DNA of 64,000 nt from Phoronis australis. Lineage: Eukaryota > Animalia > Phoronida. How positions within the stretch are numbered: position 1 is the first letter of the stretch; each line of letters starts with the position of its first letter. The notes below the pieces were generated by a model. The model searched no databases. It saw only the letters and a list, made by a program, of their open reading frames with translations, and was not told the DNA's origin. A program made the translations under genes and the position numbers. The stretch is from assembly GCA_002633005.1 (NCBI GenBank), contig NMRA01000035.1, positions 1,331,059 through 1,395,058 of the forward strand, given 5' to 3'. Shown here piece by piece: positions 13,501 through 26,177 of this stretch.

Positions 13501-14518
13501 GCCAGGGGTCTATAAGATCATCAGACACACGCCATGAAGCCGATTTGGACCCGAGAGATTAATAAAATCAGTTTAGCAAGTTTGATATTCGCCTGGCCGC
13601 CTAAAGAGGGAAAATCCTCATCGTTCTTTGGGACAGACGTGAGGTATGTGCTTACTGGCATTCGAGGCAGTTGACTAAGCACGTAGCTCATGGTCTATGT
13701 TGACCTTGGGTAAACATAGGTTGTAGAAGAATGCTATATAGGAAAACGTTCTGAAGTTGTTTTCTTGGGGAAGAACATTTTTCAGTCATAACCGAATCCG
13801 TTAAAAACCTCAAAATCTTGACAATTTATCAATCGTCCATTTACCACAGAATGGTCAAATCAACTTCACTGTTGAGAAAGACAAATGATAAAACGTTTCT
13901 AGGGTATCAAGTTTTCGGTTCAAAAAGAAAAAGAAGCCTGCAACTTACTTTATTGGGATGATTTTTGTCACTACACTGCGTTTTATCAACTATCATCATG
14001 ACAGTGCGTGTGTAGGGACAGAGCACGATTGATCAGACGGGGAAATGGTTCCGTCGCCCAATGAAACATGTACATAATACTTATACGTATACGTATGTGT
14101 ATATGTCTCATTGCGTGCTACTGTGAAAGTTAGTTGCTGACATTGTGACCTCGTGTGGGAAACGCTGCAGGACAAACTAAATTAGGTAAATGTGGGCGAA
14201 TTTGATTTAAAGTTATATGAAGCCAATATAGTTAATTCCCAAGCTTTACTGCTCTGGTAACGACGAATGCAGGGGAATCAAAAATTTAAAGGACTATTAT
14301 GGCGTCAGAAACAGACTCGGGCAACGATCTTGGCTACGTACGCAGTCGAAAAGTAAAATTTAGCGGTAACTGCACATGTTTTGCCTTTTTGGTGAAAATG
14401 CGTTTAAAATGCTTACTCCATTCTCTCAAACACGCAATCCCTCTAAAGAAAGTTTTCAGGAGAATCATTTGACAAGCCGCTGAATGTGGAACTTTCGTGG
14501 TTTGCTAATTGTGCCACC

Positions 14519-14665
14519 TGGGCCCAGTTGCATAAAAGTTATACGCCGTATAGCAACAACGACGTCGCATTATCACGTGTCACGTTGTTATTGTTGAACA
14601 ATGCACCTGACGTCATGCAACAATCTAAATTATCCAGCGGATAACTTTTGAAGCTTTATGCAACG
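14519..14665. mobile_element. Degenerate MITE
   Basis: gttgcataaaagttat ... ataacttttgaagctttatgcaac inverted ends. Confidence 0.5.
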
Positions 14666-15690
14666 TCAGAAAATAAATGCAGACAGGCACAGTATAGTAC
14701 GGATCTCCAACAAACACCTAAATTTAACGGATAAATAGGGGCTGATGGGAAGTTGACACCTCGACAGGTTCATGCCTCACCTAACGGTAATGCGATGGAT
14801 TCGTTACAGCCCAGGGCCCAATTTCTCTCCCTTCATTTGGCAGAGCTTCTCAGGAGCTACTCGCTAAAGGTCAACGACAAGTTTAACTCATTCGTTCATT
14901 GCAGAAGACAAATCCTCAACAAATGACAAGAACCAGAGGCCAATATAACACCAAACTAAAAAAAAATCCAAATATTGATTCCGTTTCACTCTATCATTTC
15001 ACATAAAAAGGCTAGGCGGAGATAAACGGAGCAGACAGAGAGTAAGATAAGCCAGAATATCATTTTAATTAGCTTAGCTTGATCTCTCATAATTACATAA
15101 TATTTAGATAGCCTGCAAACAGATAGGAACTTGTTTCTGGTTTTGTGTGAAATCAACCTACCAAGATTGCGTGCAATTATTATTCCCTCGGGCAGGATGT
15201 TCGCATTTGTCAGTTATAAAACTGCGGTGTCTTAATCTAGTTTTTGGAATCATGAAATCATTCAGGAAGTGCACACATTCGGGAACGTTTTCAGTAAAAG
15301 CCGGCACGAACGTCACGTGCAGTTAACAATAACTCAAGGACCGACACATCGAAAAGGTTGAAAATACAATACGTACGCGAATGAGATCCTCGCGCAATAG
15401 GAATTCAAAGAAACAATTGCTTGGTAAATCAGCAAGATAAGAAACTTAACTTAAGTCATATTAACCTTAAAAAGGTCACGATGAACGTAATTGAGTGACG
15501 TTTTTTAGTCAAGTGTTAAATATCTTTGAAAACAGATTCAGAAGACAACTATCAAAGAGTTGCGTCACGGAACAAGCAAATAAGAGATACTTTATCGTTA
15601 TCACAACACATATCTTTATCGTTATCTCAATTCGTAACATTCATTTGAACTGAACACGAAATGGCCAATAATTCAATTACGTCAATAAGT

Positions 15691-15728
15691 GTGATGATGG
15701 TTGTTTAACTCTGCCGAAACGTCAGTCA
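15691..15728 (+). ncRNA. Degenerate minimal hammerhead-ribozyme-like motif
   Basis: gTGATGA-t-GGTTG-tttaact-CTGCC-GAAAC-GTC-agtca; first core C missing and stem I not formed. Confidence 0.3.
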
Positions 15729-16415
15729 AGAACTACAAAAATAGATTTTGTTTCATCATTGATCTCTGTTAGTGAGATCAACCGAACCGTGATATCTGTA
15801 TAAGTATGTTTGGCGAACAGATAATAATGTTTACTATTTAGTCACTGTCTGGAAAGTTTAGAGTTAAACTCATAGGGTAGAGATCAAATCGTTCTTTAAC
15901 TACCATATGACCATGAGGCTGAATCCATTTTGTCTGAACGAACAAGCCATGCAATAGTACAGCGTGATCAACACTCATGTCAGAATATCATCCGAGTAAA
16001 TTTCGTGAGAAAGCTTCAACATTTTGTCAACAACTGGTATTTTAACGTGCTGGCTGTGTGTTCTCTAAAAACTTAGAACCGTTTTAAATTACTCTGTGAA
16101 AATACGTGTGCTTGCAACATAACAACTCGAAAGTGTCACAGTTATTGCTAACGACGCGCATAAACGAGACTAACTGTCGGGATAACGCATTCGCAATGAA
16201 TATCAAAATAGAGTTTATTAATTTCAGCCTGTCGTTTTCGTTCCGTTGTATTTATTTAACACATTTAACAAATTGGATATCATATAAATTACGGCTTTCT
16301 GAACTGATCCTTCCATACGACCGAGCGATTACCAATGGACCACATGGGATTGATTCGTGAACGTTTTCAATCTCTCACATCGAGCCTGTTCGTGATCTTA
16401 CACGAAGGCAGTCAC

Positions 16416-16586
16416 GTCATCGTCACCAATATGCCACGGTGGTAGTCTCGTCATCATCACCAATCTCCCAAGGAGGGAGGCTCGTCGTTATCGTCAATTT
16501 TCCACTCGAACTCGCCCACGGAAGGAGACACGTTGTAATCCCAATCATCCACGGAACGAGACGGCGTAACCATTTCCAATCTCCCG
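16416..16586. repeat. Degenerate 34-nt tandem repeat, about 4.5 copies
   Basis: Units 16416-16449, 16450-16483, 16484-16531 (48 nt), 16532-16565 and a partial unit. Confidence 0.7.
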
Positions 16587-17454
16587 CATTTAATTGAAGT
16601 TTCACAATGATGACGGTATCGGCTGATAAAATAGATTATTCAGCATGCATCCCTGATATAAAAATTAAAGGAATAGCATACTGTTCATAAATTAAAGCAC
16701 AAATACATGAAACAGTTTATATTTACTGGAGACATAGCAAAATTAGTCTTTTAACAGAACAGGTCAAATGACTTTCCTCAGTGGACGCTAATTTGATCAA
16801 TGAAATTGACTTGCAGGACTTGGCATCCAAAACTAAATAAATTTAAGAGGGACGTAAACACGCGCATTTCACCCAACGCCTATGAAAACAGAGTGTCATG
16901 ACCAATAAATGGTATGTTTATTTTTGGCTTAACAAGATTTACTAACTCCAAGCTGATCGTTTTGACCCTAGCTGCATTCTTAAAGAATCCGAGAAGTCTA
17001 CCACAGTAACAAACTCTGAACGAACGATGCATCATAGTATCTTTGACCTAATAGATATCACAGGTTTTTAAAACCCATTTCCCATGGCGCAAGGAGAGAT
17101 ATCTTCGAGGAGTTTATTGCTAACAATCTGTCGAAGCACATTTGTATTTGGGGCGAATTGTAACAAACAAATTGGCCATTCAAAAATGAGCACGCTAACA
17201 TGCGGTGAGGCCAAAGTTTCATCTCGATTTGAAATTCGTAAGTTACAAGAAGTTTTAAAGGAAAACACCAAGGGTTTTGCATGTTTTGTCTACTCTCAAG
17301 CTTTAAATAACATTCAATTTGACAATAGAAGACCTTCTTCGTCAACCAAGCATTCAGTTGCAAAACCGAACGATGACGTCACAGCTACCCATCTCCGTCG
17401 TTGGGGAAATGCGTCCGTTCTTACGCGCTTGCCGCTAGGTGGGTTTAGAATGCT

Positions 17455-17605
17455 GGTGTGCATTCGGTAGCGCTAGGACCTACTCTAGGACCTAACTAAA
17501 ATCTAACCAATCACGTGTTCTCATTTAAAAAAAACACGGCATATCTCACGTAATCTCATGAAGTTTTGCTTTTTAGCGAGGTCCTAGCGTTACTGAACGA
17601 AAGGC
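17455..17605 (-). mobile_element. MITE family A (about 150 bp; TIR CGTTCAGTAACGCTAGGACCT), reverse orientation
   Basis: Terminal inverted repeats; internal sequence shared with copies at 19504, 33699, 34232, 57481 and 59191. Confidence 0.85.
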
Positions 17606-18454
17606 TGAAGTCGAGCCTTACCCCACACGACTTCCGCATGCTTGATATACCGTGCCGTAAATTTGATAGTTTCGATTTCGTTATACTTTTCAAGACATTG
17701 GAACTCGTAATTGGCCATCTCTACAATTCCAAGCCAAAATGTGAGCAATATCATTCATCGGAACTTCCGACCTTTTGAAAATATCAATTTCGTAATCTCA
17801 ATGTTTACCATGATTAAACTTTCATGACGTTTCAGAGCCAGAGAAAACAAAACTAAATGAAAGAGTAATATGTACATGTATGTGGTGGATTTAATGACAG
17901 TATTTGTGCCATGAACCTAAAGTTTTGAAACTAAAGGCACAGACAAAAATTATTTGTTTTAGTACAAAATACACTAAAAACAAGTAATAATGAATTCGAG
18001 TGAATGTAACATGCTGCTGGTGGTTTTCTGACTTTACAGCCATTTTGTTTTGAAAATTGCAAAGTTTGGAGCTTTAACTGGGTATCTGTACACGACCGCT
18101 GGGAGACTGTCATAACCATCATTTAGTTCAGACTCGTCCAGACCATTATTCCTACATCTTGTGTCACGTGTAATTATAGCCAAGTTGTTGAATGAAGACC
18201 CATCTCAACCTGTTGACAAGTCGTTGATGAATACGAGTAGGGCGACAATGATACAGTTGAGGAGACCCAAATTTTAGCAACCTCGTCGCGGTCAACTTTA
18301 ATAACAAGCGAGGTAAAACTGTTATTTTGCTCAAGTGATAACCGTCGGTGCTGATACTGGTGAAGGCAAATTGCATGTATGGAAGCACGTGATAGAACAA
18401 AGACAAAGTTCAGTTCATCTATAGAGGAGGAAAGTTGGAACTGTTGGATAACCA

Positions 18455-18581
18455 CAGTGGCGGATTTAGGGGAGGGGGCAAGGGGGCCATGGCCCCTCCT
18501 AAAATTCTGATGGACAAAATCCAGGCTAATACTCTGCCCTGCCCATCCCCTCCATAACTCAAAATCCTGGATCCACCCCTG
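18455..18581. mobile_element. MITE family C (CAGTGGCGGA...TCCACCCCTG)
   Basis: Short TIRs; flanks aacca/cacca, a near 5-bp TSD; related to 34505-34661. Confidence 0.8.
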
Positions 18582-19503
18582 CACCAAAGAGCAAGTGTTG
18601 AAAAAGTTGCAATACCTAATTGGGCTCTGGGTGCCAATGTATTTTGGAGGAGTGCCATCCTATCACTTTCTAAAAACTGTCTCTGAAGAAAAATGATGAT
18701 AGTAGCTGTAAAGTGTATAGTGTTACACTTTTGAGGACTTCTAACGTGTTGCCGTCAAAAACTGACACCGATAAAAGTGACTAAGCTTATTTGAAAATTC
18801 TGAGTATTAATAAGTGTTGCGCATTTTGACAGGATGTAGTTCTTAGACAATATTGTCATTTTTTTCTGATCTACGTCACAGATTATTCCACTAAGAAGAC
18901 ACTAGGACAAAATGTCACATCCGCGACGCAAGTGATGTTTTTACATCGGTATTTTTTACACAATTTTCATTTGGGAGCAAACAAACTGTTTTGTTAATTA
19001 TAGAAATGATCAAACTTACCACAAATAACATTCTTCTCAAACATAGAATCTAAACAGAACAGTCTTTTAAGTCAGACGTCACTTTTGAAAAACCCCTTGT
19101 CATTTTGAGTCACGTACGCGACGCTCCAATAATTAAGCCTTTTAACAAATTAACTAAACATGGTGAATATTATCTTCTGTTAAGTGAAACATAGACCCGA
19201 ATTCTCTTTAGAAATGTAATAATTTTACGATTAGTAGCACTCGGCATGTTTTATGGGGAATTTAAAAGTCAAAATGCTCCGTCCGCGACAAAATGAATAC
19301 CGTGAAATCAATCACATAGTTTATATACCTAAACTTCTATTCTCGTGAATTGGAATATTCATGCGTTCAATAGCGCCTTTATGAACATGGACATGAAAAC
19401 CAAGGACTTAGTGTGAACGCATCAACGTGTTGGCAGCCATTAAGTCACACGATGTCACTTCTGAGACAAAATATTGAGGAACATAAAAATAGAACTGTCA
19501 ATT

Positions 19504-19657
19504 CGGCCTCCCGTTCAGTAACGCTAGGACCTCGCTAAATAGCAAGACTTCGCGAGATTGCGTGAGATATTGCCGTGTATTCTAAATGAAATCACGTGGC
19601 TTTGGCTAGATTTCAGTTAGGTCCTAGCGTAGGTCCTAGCGTTACTGAACGCAAGCC
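19504..19657 (+). mobile_element. MITE family A
   Basis: Perfect 21-bp TIR cgttcagtaacgctaggacct / aggtcctagcgttactgaacg. Confidence 0.9.
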
Positions 19658-22630
19658 AGCTGTTTGATGCTGGCTATCGAATGAGATCCGTATTCACAGA
19701 TCACCGAAGCCGCGTTACAATAGACAACACAAACCCGCTGGTCAAACTGAATATCAAATTATCTCTTATACAGTTTTCCTGGTATTGTGTATGAAATTAA
19801 AATGCCAAGTGCGCCACAAAGCGTCGCCAGACTTTTTTCTTCGTGTCGCCTAAAGCAAAAATTTCGCTGAGAAAATTACGTGCCAGATAAATAGGAAATC
19901 AACAGGTGTCCCGCTTGTTTGGCAGTGGGTTACCTCATTGACACACAGGTCAGCCTATGAGTTGCAAATGTCAAGGGTTCGTATTGATGGTACAAAATGG
20001 GTTGGACGACATTGAGAGGGCAAATCCAGTCGGTAAATGATTATGACACATTTCCTGCACCAATTTAAAGCGTTTTGATGGGAATTAGGCTATGACCAGC
20101 TAGTGATTCGAAATAAAAGTACGTGCAAGCATCTTTACATTCAAAAAGGGTGTTCATTTACGTCCTATATTTTCATGATTCTCCATCTCCATCCTTATGC
20201 TCAAAACACGTTCTCTATAATGGAGAAGAGTGGTCTTAATAACGTCACGAGTCGACTTCCTCGTTCTAATGTTTATTGCAACTGCATTCTGAGAAGCAGG
20301 CTGTTATCTCGGAAAAGCTAATGATCGTGGACTATGCAGCACATAACAAGTGCGTATCCAGGCGAATCTAAGTGTCACTTCAAAAGACGTATCGTAAGAC
20401 ATGGTACTGAAGATTGTGTCTGTGTTTAGTCTGATGTACCAAAACTGGATGCAAAAAGAAATGCATGTTAGTTATGCAACAGCTTACGTAGTGGACAATA
20501 TGGGTGGTGCAACACTCGCTGACAAACACAAGCCACGAACTGATTCCTGACAAGTATTGTACGAGGGGCTATGTTCACATGAGTGGCGAATACTGTAGCA
20601 GTTTGGTTAAGGCGCTAGCCTTTTTGCTAGCGTTTTAGCAAGTTTTGAGACCTGGAGTCGTTTTCAACGTTGAAATATGACTTCACGTCGCTTTTAGCAA
20701 TGTAAATTTCATCTGAATGTCGTGGAAAATTGACCCAGTATATGCTTTTCAACAGATAAGTGGCAACGCTTTAAAAAGGGTCGGCCGATCAAATTACGGA
20801 CGGAATTCTTGGTGAACTTGTGTTTAATCCTGATGTCAAAGTCAGCTTCCCACAGTGGCGGACTGTGGCCTTTCAATTTTCGTCACCCCGTTATCTTAGG
20901 TTGCCACCAATTTTCGGTAACCACCCTCTAATTTACCCCCCTCCCCCCAAACAATCCAGAACAATTTCCGCTACTCTCACAATTTTCCATTTCACGTCCT
21001 TATTGGAAGTAGTGTTAGGAGCACAGAGTCATCCTTTGACCCCAAACCGTCTGTCGGCTCTGAAAAAGCGATGCCGTGGGCAATTTTTCGACGTTGAAAA
21101 ACGACTCTCGTGTCTCACCTGAAAATCTTAAGCTACATCGGAACGCAGTCGGCTTCGTATAAATCAAAATACAGCCAGGTTTCTGACTGTATTGACTTTC
21201 CTTGTCGCAAACTTTTTTTCCATTTTTTCGTATGTAAATGTTGTAGAGAATATATAAATATCGCCCGTTTTTATTTTGTAATTACTCTGTACATAGCCAA
21301 TTATGCAGAGTCGAACAACTTTTTAACGGCTCTAAGTATCCTGTAAGCAGTATACTAAGGAGACAAATGTACATTATGTAGGATAAGGTTTGCGTCAGAG
21401 TGCTGCGCATTTACTACGACGTGCTAACATCAGCGCAATACACACGGGGAGTAAGCTTAAAGAGTTATTTCGCCCCAAGTCTCTTAATAAGCATCAGAGT
21501 CTTGCAAATAACACAAAAATGAGGCCATTTAATCAGATTTTCGCTTTTAAGCTGCAGCAAGCGCATTTCAACATTTCAAATTGACTCTTATTGGTCTCTC
21601 TTTAGCTTTTCCGAGACAATTATTGAATTGCTGCACAGTAATTTAAATTGCTCATTGTTTCTTTTAGAATAACCTTTATGAAATGGGTGAGACGAGACTG
21701 AGAGACGTCGCGAGACTGAACGTGCAGTCTGACCCGACTTAAAGCTACATTATGCGAGATTTAATGAGATCGAATCTGCAAATTCCGTGATCGCAATCTG
21801 ACGTTCTGATGGTGGATCTACACCCCTCTCGAAAAAAATGACAGAATATATTTTAAGCCTATTTGTCCAAAGTAGATGCTCATAGACACAGAAATCACAC
21901 AATGAACTTTTAGGAATGAAAAAGAAATCAGATCTAACGTTTCAGTTCAGCTAATGGAAACTTCGGGCCAAGGCAAATGATAGTATGAAACCTCTAAGTC
22001 AAAAAACGCTAGCACTCTGCCAAAAATTAGTCACCGTGAAGAGTACCAAAGTTTAAGAAATGACATGATTGTTAAAGATATCAATGGTAAAATGTACACA
22101 GTTTTAGAAAAAAAAGTACTGATAAGGCTAAATTTTGTGTTTTGTTACACAAAGACAATAAGAAAAAATAATTGCAGGCGGTCTGGTACACGTTGCACCA
22201 GACGTGGGCAGGCACATAGGTAGAAGTGCGGAGAAACCACTAAATGAGCGACGAGGCTGATAAAATATTTTTTGAGGCAGATAAAATATTTTTTCTTAAT
22301 ATTGGAGTTTAAAAACTCTTTAAGGACACAAAGCAGTACATTATGTTATAACGCTTGTTTACGATGACAGAAAATAACAAGATTATTACTGTTTTCTTTT
22401 GGCTGAGGTGTTGTGTGTGTTCCAAGGTGGCGGTGACGGGTTGGCGTCATTGTCTGATTTCAATGGTATACAGATACAGAATCAAATCTGGGAAGATAAC
22501 GTTGTATTATGTTCTAAGTTAGATAGCTACCGAATGTTAAGTCGAACCTCGCGCTCCTTAGAGGTAATCCAAAGAACAGATTTGGCACGCTTTAGATGCT
22601 CAAAACTTCACTTGATGATTACAATGGGAT

Positions 22631-22949
22631 GTTACCTTGGTAAAGATTGTGAGGACGTTACCTTGGTATAGCTCGTGAAAACATTATCTTCGTATAGCCT
22701 GTGAGGGCGTTACCTTGGTATAGCTCGTGAGGACATTACCTTGGTATAACTTATGAGGACCTTATCTGTATAATTGGTATACCTCGTGATGACATTACTT
22801 TCGTACAACTTATGAGGACGTCACCTTGGTATACCTCGTGAGGATATTACCTTGGTATACCTCGTGAGGACATTACTTTGGTATAACTTATGAAGACGCT
22901 ACCTTGGTATACCTCGTGAGGACGTTACCTTGGTATAGCTTGTGAGGAA
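22631..22949. repeat. Minisatellite, 12 copies of a 26-bp unit (RTTACCTTGGTATASCTYGTGAGGAC)
   Basis: Head-to-tail units read directly; one unit carries a 7-nt insertion. Confidence 0.95.
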
Positions 22950-24410
22950 AGATCCTGGCCATGTTCTGACATGGATGAACTCGAGGACGAATGTCATTTT
23001 CGCTATTGTGCGTGCTGTATCTTGATCTGAGACATCAATTTAATTTGTTACAAATGTGTTCAGAAAGACCATGAAATCGAGAGACAGACGTATGTAGCAT
23101 AATATTGCACACTCCATTATTAATACTAAAAGTCGGAGATCATGACCTTGAACTTTAGATGATCGTATTTAGCATTTCTTCATCGAGTATCTCGGAACGG
23201 TATTTTGTTGTTTAGGGACCGGAGGCGTACATATACAGATTAGTTTTATGACTATGATACCAACCACGCCTATGGATTCGGCCGTCAACCATGCTTTGGC
23301 AGTCTCAGCTACGAACTTTGAAACAACTGATACTATGATTCCCAACCAACGTTGGTGTGTACAAAGCACTTGTAACATGGCTTCAATCGCAGAACCTAAA
23401 CATATGTTTATCTAGTTGGCAAACTGTTGACGAAAGTCAAGCACACATTTCTAAGTAGTCAAGTGCGTGGATGAAAATTATATACATGATGCCTGAGTTC
23501 CACTTTGTCGGAAAGTGGGCAACACCAGCAGGTATGCATTATAATACAGTTAATATGCTTCTTACAGGACAAATCGTGCATCGGTGTTTACTAAAGATCA
23601 CTTTTGCAAAATTAATGGCATGTTTGCGCTTCTCTACTCGGCGGCATTTCACCAGACCAGTCAGTGACGTCAGACAATGTTTTTCATGTTACGTAGTAAA
23701 ATACCAATCTACCTTTCCTGTTGTTGTTTCTCATGCAGAAATGTCAAACTTGTTCAAACGTATGTTCTAGACTCTGTAACAACGGTGTCTGATATTACTA
23801 GCTAAAACACTGGCTAAAAGGCCGTCGAAAACGCTAGCGATTACGCAAGACGAACTGTCCACGAATGGGTCATTTTCGTCAACACTTAGTTTGTTTCGTC
23901 ACCACTTCGAACGTTTATAAGCGAAAATTGGTATCAAAACACGCTCACTCGCTGGATAGAAATCTAGCCCTGGGCTAGAGTCCTATACTCTCTCCTATGA
24001 ATTCATTTATAATCAAAGTTTTTTTTATCTTTTTGCACGTGGGTCCTTTGGAGTAAGGGGTCTACATGCTAGCGAAAGCACCAATAGTACTGGTAACTCA
24101 AACCCAGTACTGTAGTGGCAAAATTAGAGGTAAATAGGCGCCCAAAGCATCACCTTGAGCACTGAACGTAATTTACGGTGCGTAGGCGCTACGTTCAAAT
24201 GCAAAAAGGTGATTGGTAGCACCTACGTGCGCCTACACCCCAATACAGCAGTGCACTACCAGCAAATCTGTCAGCAAAGGAGATAACAGTTAGTAGTACT
24301 GGCGGATTTGTTAGTAGCGAAAGTGCCAGAGAAACCGCTTGGCAATTTGTGCACGGGATACGAAATACTCTTCGGATATTGTCAGTCACGAGGATAGAGT
24401 GGAAAGTTTT

Positions 24411-24457
24411 CTCTCCCCCCCCCCCCTCTCTCTCTCTCTCTTTCTCTCTCCCTCTCT
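24411..24457. repeat. Poly-C / (CT)n tract
   Basis: Read directly. Confidence 0.9.
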
Positions 24458-25504
24458 TTATACGTATTGCCACTCAGAAATCTGATAGTTAGAAGAACAC
24501 CCACGAACACAATCCATGTGTACAAGTCCTATTGGTGACCTCAATGTATGCCCTATTATCAAATGTAATACCTGTACTTAGCAATCATCTAGGTAACGCC
24601 GTGCAACGCATATAGCACGTATTAATCATGTTATCGTGGCATGCTGTATGCCCTATAATGTTTGAACTCGACTTGTTTGTCAACTTTGCCAGCACCGCGT
24701 ATCTTTATTATGCATGTGGAAATTAGTTTTTGTGATGCTCTCGACGGGACTACCTTTAAGACAGCGTTGAAAACCTTAATTTTAACGATTATTTGAACTC
24801 AGAGTGTCTCAGGCTACAGGCGTGAAGTCGACGTTTGCTTCTATCACAACCTGCCACTTTGACATTCAACACAAGAAATGTTTTGCCAATAGTCAACATA
24901 CCGCATATTATAAGTAGAGTGAATTATGCAGAGAATCCACGTTTTGCATAGTTTTGTAAACGGCATTTCATCAAAACATGAATCGCGGTTTGACAACATA
25001 AAATAAAAATTGACTTAACGAAACTATTCGTCATGCAATTAGCTCCCCGCCATGTTTCCATTAAACATCTGGAATTTAACAGGATTTAGCCCCGAGAAAG
25101 ATATTAAGCCAAGCTTTTCAACTAATTGCCCCCAGGCAAAATTTCAATTTCAGAAATGATATATCATAAGTAATATGTATATTGTTGACAGCGAGTGATC
25201 ATGTTCGGTGTTTAGCAACCCCTCTTTGAGAAATTAATAATTTTATATGGCGCATTAGCGCCGGAACCAACTAGACAGCATCGAGTTAGTTTAACCAAAG
25301 AAAAGGCAGTGTCACTGCATGTGGAAAGCAGTACGTGTAATCTTACTAAGATCTCTTAATTTTCCTCGGTGGACTGAAATACACACGACTGACATTTAAA
25401 ACAAATCACAGCCGAGACATCAATGCACTGCCTCGGCTGATTACTGAAACAGAAAGCAGGACCTAAGGTCACTAATGCAGACAACAACGGAAATCAGTAC
25501 TTAC

Positions 25505-25824
25505 AACTGGGTCTTGGAAAATTTCTTCAAGTTCTGCTTCTTCACTTCAGAAAATGTTTTGAGACTTGGTTCGGCCGAGATACCGAGTGCCCGCTGCCTC
25601 CGGGGTGCGCTAGAGTCTATGTTGAAGACGCTTTGATACTTATCCAGCTGACTTCTTAGCTCTTGTATTTCATCGTCACGAAGAGAAAGAATCCGAGTCA
25701 GGTCCCGAATTTTCGCTTCCCTATCAACAAGTTGCTTTTGTAGATCTTTAATTAACTCGCTCGAAGATAGTCCCCCTTTGACGGGGGACCCATTGGACTT
25801 CGATGACTTGCCCTTTGAAAACAT
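25505..25824 (-). CDS. PRKG1: cGMP-dependent protein kinase (PKG/PRKG1-like), alpha-type first coding exon: leucine zipper plus autoinhibitory segment; gene continues toward lower coordinates
   Basis: Heptad coiled coil ...RDDEIQELRSQLDKYQSV, pseudosubstrate RRQRALGISAEP, then LKKFSKTQ, resembling the PKG I-alpha N-terminus. In-frame stop upstream of the ATG; phase-2 donor TT|gtaagt. Confidence 0.9.
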
Positions 25825-26140
25825 TGAGGTTTTCAGTGGGTGGCAGTCAGAGAAGTCGATTTATCCAGGCTGGTAAGGATTTGTGCTTATGGCCAGCGGA
25901 GAACCTCGCACAAGACGATATCACACTCCCGTCCTCGCAATAAACTGTGTGTGTACACAGCGATAAACAAGCTACATCAATTGGTCACATGATACACCTG
26001 TGGCGCTACCATGTATCCGATTGTTGTACTAATAATGCTGATCACAAATTTTGATTTCATGCAGTATAGGGATTCCGTAAAAGTGAAATAACTGAAAAGG
26101 ACTATCGTGCATCCAACAACAGAGACAACAACGAAAATCA

Positions 26141-26141
<1 letters not shown>

Positions 26142-26177
<36 letters not shown>
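26142..26177. repeat. (GAC)n microsatellite about 320 nt upstream of the PKG ATG
   Basis: Read directly. Confidence 0.95.

Noticed and set aside
17058-17470. Overlapping 100-128 aa ORFs on both strands (and similar ORFs at 4470, 5523, 8002, 18174, 35984)
   Set aside because: No recognisable motifs or splice-compatible partners; several overlap repeats.
22631-22949. CRISPR-like array
   Set aside because: Units are head-to-tail with no unique spacers, there are no cas genes, and the context is eukaryotic; it is a minisatellite.
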